Below are positions 46,984-57,315 of a stretch of DNA of 58,579 bases, one piece after another. The notes beneath the pieces are model-generated. The model did no database searches and was not told the DNA's origin. It worked only from the letters and a program-made list of their open reading frames with translations. A program made the translations under genes and the position numbers. Source of the DNA: a virus (lineage: Duplodnaviria > Caudoviricetes); the IMG/VR virus record IMGVR_UViG_3300020034_000014, positions 1 to 58,579 of that record; one strand, written 5' to 3'. Numbering within the stretch: the first letter of the stretch is position 1; each line of letters opens with the position of its first letter.

Positions 46984-47290
46984 TTTTAGTTGCCAAGTCT
47001 ACGGTAACTTTTGTGGTTTCGTCGCCATGCTCAGGAAAACAGCGCCGAAAAATATATGCGGTATTGCCTATGGTCACTTCGTCGCCTTCAACCAACGTAT
47101 TCACATCGTTAAATTGGCAATCGAAAGACAGATCAAACGAAGCAATAGAACCATCTTGTAATTCAACAACACGGTAGCGCTTGAAAAATATCCCTTTTAC
47201 TTCATTGCTGCCAAATACCATAGTCTCACCGATTGCACCGAAAATAATTCTATCTCCGGTATTGCGCATCCAATCGGCGAGACTCGGCAT
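46967..47290 (-). CDS. Head-tail joining protein (gpFII-like)
   Basis: Follows the capsid gene; VKGIF..GDEVTIG. Confidence 0.7.
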   Translation of the reverse strand: MPSLADWMRNTGDRIIFGAIGETMVFGSNEVKGIFFKRYRVVELQDGSIASFDLSFDCQFNDVNTLVEGDEVTIGNTAYIFRRCFPEHGDETTKVTVDLATKNVTTP

Positions 47291-47303
47291 CTTTCAATCA
47301 CGC

Positions 47304-48317
47304 TTAGCTGTGCGCCAGACCTTGACGCAGAACGCTAGGACGTGTGCAATAAAACAGCGGATTGCTTTGAGCGTAAACGTCAACCCAACGCTCAGCGGGA
47401 TCAGGCACGATCTTAGAGTAAATCGGAATGCCTACCGTGTTCACCGTATCGATAAAATTAGCAGGCCCAAAAACAGCGCGGAACAATCCCGGCACGCCTA
47501 GCGGAAAAAAGCGTGCTTCCGAATCAGCGATGAAATCGACACTGCCAACCTTGCCCCGGTATTCTTCAAACAAAATCCCCGCATAGCCGAAAGTGCGACG
47601 CGCAAAAGTATCGCGCAACATTTCGCCTTCGCGCCATCGCTCATACGCTACGCGCGTTTCCGGCTCGGCTACGAGCATATCCATGAACTCCGAACCTACC
47701 AGCGCGCCGACACCACGCGACGGCGTAGCGCCTAGCAAATCCTCTTGCCGCCGTTGAATCTGGTGTATAGCCGTCCGGATGCTGCCTAGTGGCGGAGTAG
47801 AACCAAAATCAAAGTTTACCGGCGCATCTTCGGTAACTCCGAATTCGTCAAACAGATCATATAAAACTGTCGTGCCGTCCGCATCCATCACCCGGCCCTT
47901 AACAGCGCCAACGCGCATATGCTCGAAAGTAGCTTCCAAGCCTTGCACCATCGTTGCTTGTTTCTCGGCAACCTTGCCTTGAATGGTTTCAAGTTCCGAC
48001 TCAGTGCCAAACGCGCGGATGCCTTGAATTTCGTCAGCCATCAAACGATCTTCTACCGGCAAGTGAACAACATTCAACGGATGCACCTTACGGCCTTCTT
48101 TCAAATTCTGCGCCGCAGGCCCGCCGCGTGGTGCGGTCGGAACCAGATACAACACACCGCCCTTTTCTTCAATCTGTGCGGTCAGTGTGTTAATGCCCGA
48201 CTCCTCAAAAAGCCCCATAGCGCCAAGGCGTCCCGGCACAAATGGAATCTTATTGATTTTGTCGGTTAGTGTCGTGAGCGAAAATGCATCCGCCCGGAAC
48301 ATATCTAACATGGACAT
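47304..48317 (-). CDS. Major capsid protein (lambda gpE family)
   Basis: FSLTTLTDKIN, ADEIQGIRAFG, EHMRVGAVKG, QSNPLFYCTRP. Confidence 0.93.
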   Translation of the reverse strand: MSMLDMFRADAFSLTTLTDKINKIPFVPGRLGAMGLFEESGINTLTAQIEEKGGVLYLVPTAPRGGPAAQNLKEGRKVHPLNVVHLPVEDRLMADEIQGIRAFGTESELETIQGKVAEKQATMVQGLEATFEHMRVGAVKGRVMDADGTTVLYDLFDEFGVTEDAPVNFDFGSTPPLGSIRTAIHQIQRRQEDLLGATPSRGVGALVGSEFMDMLVAEPETRVAYERWREGEMLRDTFARRTFGYAGILFEEYRGKVGSVDFIADSEARFFPLGVPGLFRAVFGPANFIDTVNTVGIPIYSKIVPDPAERWVDVYAQSNPLFYCTRPSVLRQGLAHS

Positions 48318-48368
48318 TTTAAATTTCTCCTAATTTTTAGTAGTGCGTTTTTCTTTGCTGCCGTTCGC

Positions 48369-48746
48369 TTACGTGTTTTGTGTTTCTTTGGTAGTCGGCC
48401 CGTAGCGCGTGATGATGCCTTGCGCCAACAGATCAACAATAGCGCTATCGCGCGCCGCGTCGTTTTGTGAATCCAGAAATACCAAGTCTTCGCGCCGGAT
48501 TTCGGCATCACGGCGAATCACTGCGCCGCGAACAACACCGTCCGTTGCATCAACTTCGGAACACAAAACGCCTACCGCCGTGCCACCAACGAACGGCGTA
48601 TAGTTCGCGCCCGACAACTCAAGCACGGTTCCCGCTTTGATCACAGCCGCGCCGGTAATATTTGCGTTTTCACGCGAGCGCGAATGATTTGCTTCGCTAA
48701 CAATAAAGCCTTCATTGTGCGGAAGCACTTCGGTTTTCGTAACCAT
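48369..48746 (-). CDS. Head decoration protein (gpD-like)
   Basis: FIVSEAN..RSRE..AGTVL..R.AE..L..QGII. Confidence 0.88.
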   Translation of the reverse strand: MVTKTEVLPHNEGFIVSEANHSRSRENANITGAAVIKAGTVLELSGANYTPFVGGTAVGVLCSEVDATDGVVRGAVIRRDAEIRREDLVFLDSQNDAARDSAIVDLLAQGIITRYGPTTKETQNT

Positions 48747-48786
48747 AGTTTTTTGCTCCTAATTTTTTAATGCGTTGAAATTTTGG

Positions 48787-49248
48787 TTATGCGGCCTTTT
48801 GTGCGCCGCCTTTGAAAAAGCTTGCACGCGTCTTGTAAATGTCGCTAGTCGTTGCAGTCGCCGCGATTTTCTCGCCGTCATCATTTGCGCCCGCATTCGG
48901 GATACGTGGTTGAAAGTTTTGCATCGCCTTATCCAGCTTGTTACCGTTCGCTTTTGTCGGCGCGATAGCAAGCAATTTTTTCGCTTCGTCAACGCTCATA
49001 TCAGTTGAGTAGGCTAGATGCTTTGCCATATCTTCGCGGCCCTTTGCCTCCTCGCAATCGATGATGCCGGATATGCGCGCCCGCTCAAGTTGTGCGGGCG
49101 AAGCGTTTGCCGCGCGTGCATCGGCTTCCGCCTTTGCTTTTGCATCAGCTTCCGCTTTGATTTTGGCGTCCGCTTCCGCTTTTACTTTCGCTTCGGCTTC
49201 GGCTTTGTCCATTTCGATTTTTGCTTGTGCCTCTTTTTGCGTATTCAT
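48787..49248 (-). CDS. Nested in-frame scaffolding protein (Nu3-like)
   Basis: AAGGA RBS before in-frame ATG 49248 (MNTQKE); KAEA repeats; ERARISGI..EAKGRE. Confidence 0.7.
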   Translation of the reverse strand: MNTQKEAQAKIEMDKAEAEAKVKAEADAKIKAEADAKAKAEADARAANASPAQLERARISGIIDCEEAKGREDMAKHLAYSTDMSVDEAKKLLAIAPTKANGNKLDKAMQNFQPRIPNAGANDDGEKIAATATTSDIYKTRASFFKGGAQKAA

Positions 49249-50208
49249 TTCAATTTCCTTTTGTGAGTAAGTGAGTCTAATCGGCCCGGTCAAGCCCTGT
49301 TGCCGTATCAGTGCGTTACCTAATTCATTTGCGAATGAATTAACGCGATGCGCTAATCCAGATTCAACCGCCTTAAAGCCGGTAAACATCCCCGCCTTTG
49401 TGCCGCGCAACTTGTCAACACTCAGCCCGGTATTGCGCGAGACAGTATCAACAAAAAGTTTATAGATGGCGTCAATTTCCTCTTGCCATTCCTCTTTAAC
49501 ATTTTGCGATAGCGGTAAAAATGGATTGCCATCAATCTTTTTATCACCGGCATAGACATAAGTAATTGCAATGCCTTTTTTCTCTACTGCGCGCGAATAG
49601 TCATAATGCGCCGCCACAACGCCAATACTACCGACCGTGCCCGTGCGCGGAACAACAATTTCATCGGTTGCGCTCGCGAGTAGGTAGCCCGCCGATGCTG
49701 CAATTTCCGATACAGCCGCAGTGATTTTCTTCCCTTTGCCGCGTAGCTCATGAATTCTGTCCACCGCATCAAAGACGCCCGCGACTTCACCGCCGCGCGT
49801 ATCAAACTCCATGACAATTTCACCAACACGCGAGTCATGCATAGCCGCTGATAACATTTGTTCAATATTTGAATACGACACTAGCCCGCTCATGGCATCC
49901 ATATAATCCGCGCGCTGCACAAGTGAACCAATGACCGGCACAACCGCAACACCGTGGCCGACATAGTGCCCTTCCTGCCTCGGTTCAAATTCAGCACCGC
50001 CCATTGTTAGGATGCCATCCAAATGCGAAACTTCCGGCACACTCTCGCGTGCGTCGCCATCATCCATAAGCGACGGCTTAAACTCCACGATGCCAAGACG
50101 CGGCCCAATGACTTCCAAGATTTCGATTAGCTTGCGCTCTTGGATCATCAGCGGTTTATTAAAAACGCGCTGAATCAAATTTGCATAGCGGCCTGAATTT
50201 TTAGTCAT
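48787..50208 (-). CDS. S49 prohead protease with fused scaffold (lambda gpC-like)
   Basis: DTRGGEV, AASAGYLLASA, GSIGV; start re-called to MTKNSG. Confidence 0.92.
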   Translation of the reverse strand: MTKNSGRYANLIQRVFNKPLMIQERKLIEILEVIGPRLGIVEFKPSLMDDGDARESVPEVSHLDGILTMGGAEFEPRQEGHYVGHGVAVVPVIGSLVQRADYMDAMSGLVSYSNIEQMLSAAMHDSRVGEIVMEFDTRGGEVAGVFDAVDRIHELRGKGKKITAAVSEIAASAGYLLASATDEIVVPRTGTVGSIGVVAAHYDYSRAVEKKGIAITYVYAGDKKIDGNPFLPLSQNVKEEWQEEIDAIYKLFVDTVSRNTGLSVDKLRGTKAGMFTGFKAVESGLAHRVNSFANELGNALIRQQGLTGPIRLTYSQKEIEMNTQKEAQAKIEMDKAEAEAKVKAEADAKIKAEADAKAKAEADARAANASPAQLERARISGIIDCEEAKGREDMAKHLAYSTDMSVDEAKKLLAIAPTKANGNKLDKAMQNFQPRIPNAGANDDGEKIAATATTSDIYKTRASFFKGGAQKAA

Positions 50209-50221
50209 GGTGTTTTTACCT

Positions 50222-51148
50222 TTACGCGGCCAGTAATAGAAAAACCGGATCACATCCTATTGTGAATTCGCAGGCCGCATTATATCTGACATATTTGCGT
50301 CTTGTTGGGTATGGAATAAACTGGTAAACGCGCGCCGTTTGAAGCGAACACGCGGCCTCACCACCGAAGCGTAGCCCGCCCGATGCAACGTAGACATACT
50401 CGCGCGCCCGCGTAGGCGGGATAGGTTTGTAGCGGTCAAGTGTCGGGAAACTGCCGCGATGCTCAAACACTGTGCCCGCACCGTGCCCAATGCCGCCCGT
50501 GACACTCGCGCGCCGGTAAGACGTGACCGCAACGCCACCGAAGACAACACCGCCCGCTGCAATGTAGTTATAAGGCGTTTTACTGGTAAGCGCCGCACCG
50601 CCGAAGTGAAGCCCGCCCGATGCCGCGTAAGTATCCGACTCAACAACATCAGCCGCACCACCAAATCGCGCGCCACCTGTTGCGACGTAGATATACTCAT
50701 TTTCTTCTGAGCCTGCTTCATACTCGGTATCAGCCTCGCCGCCTAAACGAATCCCGCCCGTTGCTTCGTAAGAATCTGATTCAGTTACATTTGCATCACC
50801 TGTAAAAACAATACCGCCTGTTGCAACATGAACAGCCACGCGCACAACATCAGCAACACCGCCAAAAAGTAAGCCACCTGTTGCCTCGTATGAATCGGAT
50901 TCAATTACATCCGCTGCGCCGCCGAATATCGCGCCGCCCGTTGCAAGATAATTGATTGTGCGCGCGATGCCCGCCGCGCCGCCTAGTGTTGCCCCGCCCG
51001 TTGCTTCGTATGAGTCAGATTCAATTACATCAGCGACACCACCATAAATCAGCCCGCCGAATGCAATGTATTCATAAACGGTAAAACTAGGCGGCGCGTC
51101 TTCGTCACCAGCAATCGGAAAATCAGATAGTGGTGAATTTCCGAACAT
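50222..51148 (-). CDS. Repeat-containing structural protein (about ten 20-aa units)
   Basis: Units like YEATGGxxFGGxADVxESDS. Confidence 0.7.
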   Translation of the reverse strand: MFGNSPLSDFPIAGDEDAPPSFTVYEYIAFGGLIYGGVADVIESDSYEATGGATLGGAAGIARTINYLATGGAIFGGAADVIESDSYEATGGLLFGGVADVVRVAVHVATGGIVFTGDANVTESDSYEATGGIRLGGEADTEYEAGSEENEYIYVATGGARFGGAADVVESDTYAASGGLHFGGAALTSKTPYNYIAAGGVVFGGVAVTSYRRASVTGGIGHGAGTVFEHRGSFPTLDRYKPIPPTRAREYVYVASGGLRFGGEAACSLQTARVYQFIPYPTRRKYVRYNAACEFTIGCDPVFLLLAA

Positions 51149-52519
51149 TTAAAAATCCGGATGGGGTGCGATTGGTGGCGTAAAATTACCGTTGTAACGT
51201 GCAACGCCTTTTGTTACGCGGAATTCATCAATGCGCCCGTTGAATGATGCCGTTGCCGCATTGCTCGCCGCACCAATTGCGAATACATTTGTATTATTTA
51301 TAATTGATGCGCTAGAAGTTCCAGTAGCGCCCGCGACGCCATTTAAAAATGTGCGGAACGTATTTCCTTCACGACACACGGCAACATGATAAGTTGTATT
51401 CGCTGCGATAGTGCCAATTACAACCGCGCTGCACATATCCCATGTTGTGCCGTTTGATGAACAATACCATTCTAAACTTGCACCGTTTCGATAAACAGTG
51501 TAACCAATTCCACCAACATTTATTTTTGAGAAAATATAAGACGTTCCAGTAACGACCACCGGGCGTATTAATAACTCAATTGTAAAATTGCCCGTGCCGA
51601 ATTCAAAATCTGCATGATCCGGCGTTGTAATTACGTCGCCCGTGCCGTCGCCAACATACGATGATATGCCGCGCAATGGCGTTGTTGTTGTATGTATTGC
51701 ATTGCCCGCCGCCGTCCAAGTTTTTCCTTTCACATCGATAAACGTAATCGAATTAATTACGTCTTCAAAATGCATCAACGAAACGACACTAAGAAAGAAC
51801 GGATCACCGTCCGGTATAGTTTCAAAAATAATGGTGAACGTTGCATTTAAAAATACCCCACTCATATCAGAATTTAACGCGGGATTGCCATCATATTTTT
51901 CTATGAAAGCAAAGTTACCACCTTGCGCAACGGCAATAACTTTAAGGTCAAGATTATTTGAATAGGTAATGCTCCCCTGTTCATGAATCGCGCCCGCAGG
52001 CAACGTAAAAGGAAAACTGCCTAGTATTGCTTGGTTGCTGTTTGCTGTTGTTGGGTATTCAATTTCAATGGTCATCACCAATAGATGCCCATGTTTCCAG
52101 TAGCGCCCATTCCTAGTAACCAGTGTAAGCGCCGCGCCGCTGCCATCGGTAAGCAAAAAATTACCGTGTTGTGGTTGAACAATATTCCCAAGCGCCGCAG
52201 TCAGCGCCGCCGCTGGCAACACCAGCGAAATAAAAAGCGCTTCGTTTATTGTCGCGAAATCAACCGGCGCATCGCTATTGCTAGATGAATATGTAGAAAT
52301 GCGCTCAAGCGTATTTAAGCTTGCGTTGTATCGGCAGTGCGCAACTTCCCAATCGAAAAACGTTGCACCATCAGCGACGCGAATTACGGCATCAACCGTA
52401 TCATTATTGAGGCACACCGCAGCAAAAGAACGATACGAGTCTAACGCTCCCTGTAGCTCAAAATCGGCGCTAAAGGGAACAGCATTTTCTTTGATGCGGT
52501 CGGCTCTTACATACGGCAT
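51149..52519 (-). CDS. Fibre-like protein with a C-terminal LamG/ConA-like domain
   Basis: N-terminal ADRIKE..WEV..SSNS; C-terminal GNFTIE..HVAVCR..FNGRIDEFRVTKGVARY. Confidence 0.8.
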   Translation of the reverse strand: MPYVRADRIKENAVPFSADFELQGALDSYRSFAAVCLNNDTVDAVIRVADGATFFDWEVAHCRYNASLNTLERISTYSSSNSDAPVDFATINEALFISLVLPAAALTAALGNIVQPQHGNFLLTDGSGAALTLVTRNGRYWKHGHLLVMTIEIEYPTTANSNQAILGSFPFTLPAGAIHEQGSITYSNNLDLKVIAVAQGGNFAFIEKYDGNPALNSDMSGVFLNATFTIIFETIPDGDPFFLSVVSLMHFEDVINSITFIDVKGKTWTAAGNAIHTTTTPLRGISSYVGDGTGDVITTPDHADFEFGTGNFTIELLIRPVVVTGTSYIFSKINVGGIGYTVYRNGASLEWYCSSNGTTWDMCSAVVIGTIAANTTYHVAVCREGNTFRTFLNGVAGATGTSSASIINNTNVFAIGAASNAATASFNGRIDEFRVTKGVARYNGNFTPPIAPHPDF

Positions 52520-52533
52520 GCGCTACCCCTGAA

Positions 52534-52962
52534 TTAATCCGCCGATTCGGAAGCCGCAGTAAAGCGCGGAGTCACTTTTATTTGATCACCCAAATTTTGA
52601 ATATTGTAAGGCCCGTTGCCGAATCGCTCAGCCCAACGCACTACGCCATTAGAACCGGGATTGCGTTCCACAACATAATAGCCATACACATCCTGATTTT
52701 GTGCGCCCGCCGTGCTTGTAAAAATAACTTGCGGATGCTCGGCATCGCTAGGCGTGCCCGGCGTAAATACCCAATCGCCCGGATCAATTTCAATAGGCGC
52801 GTAGCCGGTAAAATCAGCTTCGTCAAAATTGCCCAAGTGCGAACCGTTGACCGGCGTGTAATTGTTTTTAAAAAGCTTGATGTCCAGATCATCCGGCGCG
52901 TCTACATTCAACAGGATTTTAAGCGCGCGATCTTCCGCAAGGTTTGGCACTACTAAAGTCAT
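52534..52962 (-). CDS. Virion structural protein
   Basis: KLFKNNYTP..EADFTGYA..VYGYYV..WAERF; GGAG RBS. Confidence 0.65.
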   Translation of the reverse strand: MTLVVPNLAEDRALKILLNVDAPDDLDIKLFKNNYTPVNGSHLGNFDEADFTGYAPIEIDPGDWVFTPGTPSDAEHPQVIFTSTAGAQNQDVYGYYVVERNPGSNGVVRWAERFGNGPYNIQNLGDQIKVTPRFTAASESAD

Positions 52963-52978
52963 ATTATTCTCCGATTGA

Positions 52979-54964
52979 TTAAACTTGGTTTACGCGCTGC
53001 GCATGCGACAATTTGCCGTCCTTGTAAACCGGGATAACAGGTTTTGCCAACTCTTTAGAGAGTGTTTCAGCGATCACCCGCGTATTTTCATCTTGCGAAC
53101 GTTGCAATGTTTCCGCTAGATTGCGTTGATACTCGGCAAGCGCACCGATGGCGTGCGCAATCTGCCCCATTGCATGTTTAATACCTGCATCATCACCGGC
53201 GGGCGCTACATCGCCTAAATGAATGTGTGTCGCGCCAAACTTGACCGCTTGCTTTTTCTTTTTATCTGCCGCAGGCGTATTTTGTTCGTCTTCGTCTTTT
53301 TTCGCGTCTTCATCTTCGGTATCGGCAGGGTTTCCCGCGCCATTTTGCTTTTTGTCTTCATCGTCTAACTGTTCCGACGTTTTCGCAGCGCCATCGATGA
53401 CCGGATCAAGCGCGCCTTTTTCTAAACCGTATTCTTGCTCAATTTTCCGGCGAAACTGGATTTCTTGTGCGGTTTGCTCTAACAATTCTTCCCATCGCAA
53501 GCCCTCTTGTGCCGCTTCGATTTCCATTGTGGTTAGACCCATGCTAAACGCAACTTTTGTTGCTTCGCGTTCACGCAACGGATCAAGCGTGCCGCGTCCC
53601 GGACCAATCCACTCGCAACCGCACCAAGCGCCCTTTGCATCGTAAAAATCAGGCGTGCCCGGCAGTGTGGTTATCGTGCCATCGTTGAAAGCTTCCTCTA
53701 ACCATAGGCTATAGATGATCGACGCATCGCGCCCGCCAATAAACACTTGCCGCCCGGCGAAAAACTGCCATGCGGTCAACATCGCGGCCCGGAAACCCGT
53801 GTAATTGGTTTGCGAATAGTCGCGGCTCAATTGTTCATACGGCATATTCCAGCCGGCTGCGATATAGCGCAATACCGACCGCTCGAATTGCTCATATTGC
53901 GCGGTCGGATGTTCGACAGAATTAAATTTCAGTTCTTCGCCCGGATATAAATGCGGAATGCGAACACCGTTGTATTGAATTGTTTTTTCTTTATGGAATG
54001 CAGCTTTTTCCTTTGTGTATTGCGCCATTGGTGAAGCGTTGTTAGGCCCAACGCCTAACGCGCTGCCGACAGAGTGCCAATCCATAGGCGACTCTATCGA
54101 AGCCGCATACATTGCATTCAACACCGCCGCCTGCAATGTGACTTGCGAAAATTTGTCATGCATTTTTAATTTCGTAAGTGTCGCGGCAACGCCCGTATTT
54201 TTTCCGCGCGTTTGCCCGGCGCGCTCACGATCATAAATATGGATCACCATAGGACGGCCCCACGGCGTTTCCTTTGGCACGAATTGCCATTCGCGCATCT
54301 TGTATGAACCGGATGCAGAATCATTTTCAAGACGATTTACAAACCAATAGCCAACGGGAACGCCCAATTCATCAAACGCGACACCATCGCGTAATCTGTC
54401 GGTGTTAGGTTTACCGTTTGGGTTACTGACGCGCATCGGCTCTATCGTTTGAATTGCCGTCTTTTTTGTGCTGCCGCGATCCGGCAACCATTCGACAACC
54501 TGAAAAATTTCAAACGATGTAAGGTAACTGCGGTAACTTTGCGCGAGAATTTCACGAAAGCGCATCCCGCGCGATGCATCGCAATAACAATCAGGATCAT
54601 CCGCCCATTGTCGGAATTTTGATTCTGTGTCGCGCTCCCATTCGCGCGCCGCGTCTTTATCTTTTATTTTTAGTAGCTTCCAATCCGGTTTGCAATTCAA
54701 CTCTAGGCCGCTACCGATAATCCAGTCCAAATGTGTTTGCACCGCGCCACTGGTTAACCCATTATTGCGAATTAAATCTTGCGTGCGCGCCAAAAGCTTT
54801 TTTCTGTCGCGCAGAATTTCATCATCCGCGCTGTAGTATGCTGGTTGCCAAGTGCTTGTCTCATTCAGCACATTAGATGCACCGTCATGCGGAGTATCTA
54901 CTGCCAAGCGCGCCAGCGGATTACCGCGAGCGTCCACAAGTTGCGGAATGTTTGCCTTATCCAT
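52979..54964 (-). CDS. Portal protein (lambda family) with a C-terminal extension
   Basis: RTQDLIRNNG, GQTRG, LSRDYSQTNY, WIGPGRGTLDP..E. Confidence 0.93.
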   Translation of the reverse strand: MDKANIPQLVDARGNPLARLAVDTPHDGASNVLNETSTWQPAYYSADDEILRDRKKLLARTQDLIRNNGLTSGAVQTHLDWIIGSGLELNCKPDWKLLKIKDKDAAREWERDTESKFRQWADDPDCYCDASRGMRFREILAQSYRSYLTSFEIFQVVEWLPDRGSTKKTAIQTIEPMRVSNPNGKPNTDRLRDGVAFDELGVPVGYWFVNRLENDSASGSYKMREWQFVPKETPWGRPMVIHIYDRERAGQTRGKNTGVAATLTKLKMHDKFSQVTLQAAVLNAMYAASIESPMDWHSVGSALGVGPNNASPMAQYTKEKAAFHKEKTIQYNGVRIPHLYPGEELKFNSVEHPTAQYEQFERSVLRYIAAGWNMPYEQLSRDYSQTNYTGFRAAMLTAWQFFAGRQVFIGGRDASIIYSLWLEEAFNDGTITTLPGTPDFYDAKGAWCGCEWIGPGRGTLDPLREREATKVAFSMGLTTMEIEAAQEGLRWEELLEQTAQEIQFRRKIEQEYGLEKGALDPVIDGAAKTSEQLDDEDKKQNGAGNPADTEDEDAKKDEDEQNTPAADKKKKQAVKFGATHIHLGDVAPAGDDAGIKHAMGQIAHAIGALAEYQRNLAETLQRSQDENTRVIAETLSKELAKPVIPVYKDGKLSHAQRVNQV

Positions 54965-54974
54965 TTTTCGCCTG

Positions 54975-55220
54975 TTAGAAAGTTACATTAAAACCACGAC
55001 GCGGCCCGTAGCAAGGCCCGCCATTCGGCCCGCCGCAAAGCGCTTCAAGTTCTAAAATGTAAACACGTAACTTGTTTATGTCATCGGAAGACGAATTACG
55101 AAACGACACCCCGCGCCCTTCATATGTCACCGATACTTGAATCGTGCCGGTCAACAATGAATGTAGCGCCGCGCGTGCTTCCGCTAATTTTTCAACGCAG
55201 GTAAGTGCAGCCTCAGCCAT
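54975..55220 (-). CDS. Head-to-tail joining protein (gpW-like)
   Basis: ARAALHSLLTG..V..GRGVSF..LRVYILELE; between TerL and portal. Confidence 0.88.
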   Translation of the reverse strand: MAEAALTCVEKLAEARAALHSLLTGTIQVSVTYEGRGVSFRNSSSDDINKLRVYILELEALCGGPNGGPCYGPRRGFNVTF

Positions 55221-57315
55221 TTAGCGCCCTCGCTAGTTCCGCTATCGTGTCTTGCTTCACCGGCTCGCCACTAGTAGGCCTGATGCGTTTCAATGGATCA
55301 AGCGCCCAAACTGGCGGATCATCCCAATTGATTAAATGCGCCTTGAGCATTTGACACCCGCCGCGATTATATACTTTTAAGTCAAGCGCTTCATTTCTTG
55401 CGGCATTGTTCTTTTTCTTCCATCCATCGATAGCGCGGGTTTCAGCAGTCAACTCATTAAAAAAGTCCTTATCTAGCCACGTTGCAAAATGGCAGTAGCC
55501 CGGCCCCGGTTTTTCGCGGCCCAAATCACTCGCCAAACCATCTTTGATCAAGTTGACGTTAAGCAACCACACCGGCACGTCGCCCCGCGCGAACATGCCC
55601 CGCTTGGTTTGCCCGCGCGCATCCGGCCACGATTCCGCCGCTGTAGGTATCGTCAACCGTGCATCACCCTTCACAAGCATAAACTGCCGCCCGCGCCCCA
55701 TCTTATTCAACATGCGCCAATAGTCATAGGCGCGCTCTGTCACGCCTTCGCGCCCGCCTGAATCGCACACGGTTAAAACAATTTCGAGTTTTATTTCTTC
55801 ATGATCGATTAGCGGATACGTGCGCTTCATAACTTCTTCATGAATACAATTCCAATCCTCAATATAAGATGCCGGATTTGTATTCATGAAGAAGTCGGCA
55901 GACTCCATGCGTTTGCCCGTTGTGATTTTGTAGCGATCAATTACCCATGACTGCAAACCATTACCGAAGCCTTCTACCTGCACACTAAAGCCATATGATT
56001 GCACGTCAACCGCTGCCGTGAGAAAACAAACACCGGGCGGAACCTTGCCCGGTTCCCAACTCTCAAGACGTGACAACAACGCTTCCGGCCCACGATGGCG
56101 CGCGAGTGAACGCGAAAGGTATGGTGTCGCTTGGTCCGTTAGCGTGGTTGCCTTTAATGTTTCCTCTTGCCCGGTCAACGAATACGTCAATACGCCTTGG
56201 AAATATTTCTGCAATAGATTATCCCAACGTTGATACGTTGCCGCGACACCGCCTAACCAATACGATGCAATATTTGAATTGCGCCGCTTGCCTGTTATCT
56301 TGCCTTTGATAATGGTTTCGCCTTCGTGCAACCAACGACCCTTTGCATTCATCTTCAAACGATCTTCCATCTTATGCACCGTTGCGCATTTTTTGCATGT
56401 GATGAACGCGAATTGCTGCGCCAAGTCCGCAGGATTGGTAGCCTTCACCAATTTTTCTAATTCCTCGAATGGCGGTAGATTAAATAATTCAAGGCCCGGC
56501 TTTGCTTGCGTGAATTCGCCACACTCCAAGCACGGCCAAAACCAGCGCGCCCGCGTGCCTTGGTTGTATATTGCAAGTGAACCGCGCACTGGTGGCGCTT
56601 CGTGTTCCGTTTGCGGCCTCCAATTCGGATCAGTCAACGCCTCACCGGGCGAAGTTTCCGCCACACATTTTCCGCGTGACATATAAGTTTCAATACGTTT
56701 CATTGCCAAATTCCAGATTGGTCCCTCACCGTCTACGTTGTCGCGATTTTCCGGGCGATCATAGTCAGTGATAAAAACATATTGCAGCGTCTTGGATGAT
56801 AGTTGTGATATCGCAGGCCAGCCAATTTTTAAAAACATACCGCTGCGAAAATGTTTCGTGTGCAACGAATCATCACGCATACGCGTAGAAATGCGCGCCT
56901 GCAAATCGGGCGACTCGCGCAACGCGCGGCCAATATCACCGCGCGACATATCGCGCGCAGCATCACCAGACATTTGAATCATCAACGTATCACCGGGCGA
57001 ACACGTCACGATGTAGCACAACCCGCCTAGCAACATTGAATAGGTTTTACTTGAGCGCGCAGGCCCGACAAAAATTATGCCTTGATAATCGCGTGATGCG
57101 AGCATGTCCAACGGCTCAAGCATCATGGGCACCAGCGATCTATCCCATCTACCTTTTTCATTTCGCAGTGATGCGTGCGCCGCTTCCGATGGCGACAACC
57201 GGCGTGGTGGTAATACCATTTCCGCAATCCCGGCCAACACATCGCGCGTATCACCGAAGCGCGGCAAACATTTAGAACTAATCCTTCTGTCCCTTTCCTC
57301 CATTTGTATCGTCAT
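55213..57315 (-). CDS. Terminase large subunit (lambda gpA family)
   Basis: GPARSSKT, CxxC pairs, LTAAVDVQ, DSGG, RNEALD. Confidence 0.93.
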   Translation of the reverse strand: MTIQMEERDRRISSKCLPRFGDTRDVLAGIAEMVLPPRRLSPSEAAHASLRNEKGRWDRSLVPMMLEPLDMLASRDYQGIIFVGPARSSKTYSMLLGGLCYIVTCSPGDTLMIQMSGDAARDMSRGDIGRALRESPDLQARISTRMRDDSLHTKHFRSGMFLKIGWPAISQLSSKTLQYVFITDYDRPENRDNVDGEGPIWNLAMKRIETYMSRGKCVAETSPGEALTDPNWRPQTEHEAPPVRGSLAIYNQGTRARWFWPCLECGEFTQAKPGLELFNLPPFEELEKLVKATNPADLAQQFAFITCKKCATVHKMEDRLKMNAKGRWLHEGETIIKGKITGKRRNSNIASYWLGGVAATYQRWDNLLQKYFQGVLTYSLTGQEETLKATTLTDQATPYLSRSLARHRGPEALLSRLESWEPGKVPPGVCFLTAAVDVQSYGFSVQVEGFGNGLQSWVIDRYKITTGKRMESADFFMNTNPASYIEDWNCIHEEVMKRTYPLIDHEEIKLEIVLTVCDSGGREGVTERAYDYWRMLNKMGRGRQFMLVKGDARLTIPTAAESWPDARGQTKRGMFARGDVPVWLLNVNLIKDGLASDLGREKPGPGYCHFATWLDKDFFNELTAETRAIDGWKKKNNAARNEALDLKVYNRGGCQMLKAHLINWDDPPVWALDPLKRIRPTSGEPVKQDTIAELARALNG

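Noticed and set aside
49100-49240. KAEA(D/E)A tandem repeats as a novel repeat element
   Set aside because: Ordinary low-complexity coiled coil of the scaffold domain
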